Positions 17,001-17,150 of a stretch of 17,150 bases of DNA are shown here, piece by piece. The position numbers and the translations under genes are program-made. Within the stretch, counting starts at the first letter, position 1. The number at the start of each line of letters is the position of its first letter. Below the pieces are notes generated by a model that made no database searches, was not told the DNA's origin, and saw only the letters and a list, made by a program, of their open reading frames with translations. The DNA is from an uncultured archaeon (lineage in GTDB: Archaea > Asgardarchaeota > Heimdallarchaeia > Heimdallarchaeales > Heimdallarchaeaceae), in contig CAZHRF010000053.1 in assembly GCA_964534625.1 (NCBI GenBank), positions 1-17,150 on the forward strand, read 5' to 3'.

Positions 17001-17119
17001 AAACAAATCCCACACTTAATAACTTCTGCTCTACAATTTGAACAAAATTTTTCGGAAATACTTATACAGTGAGAACAGTTCAAACAGATATAATCCATTT
17101 TTCTCATTTTATTAAGCAT
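14048..17119 (-). CDS. SF2 DExH helicase (ResIII-like) with N-terminal zinc ribbon and RING-type zinc finger
   Basis: Q motif FQRDFWQSQ, Walker A SPPGSGKT, DECHH, GLTATPP, ILGEGWD and QTKGRAYR. N-terminal CLNC..CSNC, then CGIC-x12-CKNC-x4-H-x2-H-x3-W-x6-CPYC. True start may be ATG 17107 or 17098. Confidence 0.92.
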   Translation of the reverse strand: MLNKMRKMDYICLNCSHCISISEKFCSNCRAEVIKCGICFSPFDIESNVKICKNCRTVFHQNHLKNWYTINSNCPYCKKELPYDSYIEQPISSYRDIRFDLDRDGKFDKNPVTQMAFQRDFWQSQKLILEKFEDVRDKLERKFYVVSPPGSGKTIIGLELIKRLQTNALVLSPNYSTQQQWIDKISLFLPDDSPVINTMLGTSNSYSHAPIISMTYHRFSVYNRDEELLFKYAEAMWFKDYLEHWKEKSKTLFPDMAITSIEKFKEVFRESREYQAEIQPYISKIRKKTIFNKDITDLSIKDILHPNTVDIIEKIKEKGIGVIILDECHHLTAVWAHIVNYLIEEFNYPFVIGLTATPPLLDEEEEAYETHIYKLLFGKVNVEIPTPAAVKQRNLAPYQDLIYLTTPSEEELKKLKPYWNKLDQLFERKRLKKLKTPKRWLQDLALDNNILLDHFSILEEAKHKVIDESKNDKKKEKEKEKEKKTKENESSFSVIEKFKLLYLYYSIYLSKNRKEGVTENDSFIKSLDFFYQNITSFDELLSAKKFVFEVLHESKNRIEAVLDILKLEKEKMNNDLHAVVVFDNASSPHLTLLIEKICNDRQLADLEAVLLLQDVIIADQDITAFVEREALNWSKKLRLDFKLKDKKLQNGLCLIEGSGSDWKTGIFTLFFTYLFEKSLIRCLIGPRSILGEGWDSIKLNTLVDLTSVSAYQTVIQTKGRAYRIDEKNYTKLSNIWDVAVVDPEIPYGLSDFFNIVRKHKHFYGLSEDGVIEKGIGHAYPSMQEDIIELCYRIRFFNEEMKKKAHERHRYLDLWKIDQDYENLEALSFDVAFDKPMLKLTRIKDKYFQLFDRKIIEENFYQYKRKDILLHKNEKIEDIVKNVFEMYSILDEYLKKTGKLSTNISFIAKEFQNISIKKRSGNYFRLSSHSTDEILVEAIQNLFHLNQFGYALPLLTIKKIEKIENPLRFYWIGLYGLKADEAKIAQVIWSRLVSVGTLLDRAYLESVHREQKKKVKVNKKIIWM
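15667..15702. repeat. Imperfect (TTTTTC)n microsatellite encoding a KE-rich tract in the helicase
   Basis: TTTTC TTTTC TTTTTC TTTTTC TTTTTC TTTC, which translates on the minus strand as KKKEKEKEKEKK. Confidence 0.6.
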
Positions 17120-17126
17120 TTGGTAC

Positions 17127-17134
17127 TATATAAA
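17127..17134 (-). promoter_or_regulatory. Archaeal BRE/TATA (AGAAAC TTTATATA) for the helicase-membrane protein unit
   Basis: Minus-strand TTTATATA preceded by a purine-rich element. The spacing fits a start at ATG 17107 or 17098 better than 17119. Confidence 0.5.
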
Positions 17135-17150
17135 GTTTCTAAAACTAAAA

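Noticed and set aside
14048-17119. Helicase as a type I/III restriction subunit or Cas3
   Set aside because: No methyltransferase, HD domain, cas genes or CRISPR array in the window, and no clear PD-(D/E)xK motif recognised.

Overview
AT-rich, gene-dense window of archaeal character: TATA-box promoters close to start codons, an archaeal-type peroxiredoxin, and DUF123 and MTH1187 proteins. Longin-, DENN-like and RING domains suggest an Asgard archaeon (inference). In order it carries: a small acidic ORF coupled to a radical SAM/SPASM enzyme; a 4-TM protein; a DUF123 GIY-YIG nuclease; a TPR protein; a stand-alone GAP1/DENN-like protein; a MTH1187 protein; a 7-TM protein with a C-terminal longin-like domain; a TauE/SafE exporter; three tandem paralogous ~6-TM proteins; a carboxylesterase; a small wHTH protein; an ICMT-family methyltransferase; a ~200-nt 3'-terminal tnpB remnant; a peroxiredoxin; and a two-gene unit of a Zn-ribbon/RING-fused SF2 helicase plus a polytopic membrane protein. 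No tRNA, rRNA or CRISPR array was seen. The best leads are the candidate archaeal peptide-modification pair, the RING-helicase fusion, the DENN-like and 7TM-longin proteins, and the tnpB remnant that keeps only the omegaRNA-encoding region. All family assignments come from motif recognition by eye, not database searches.
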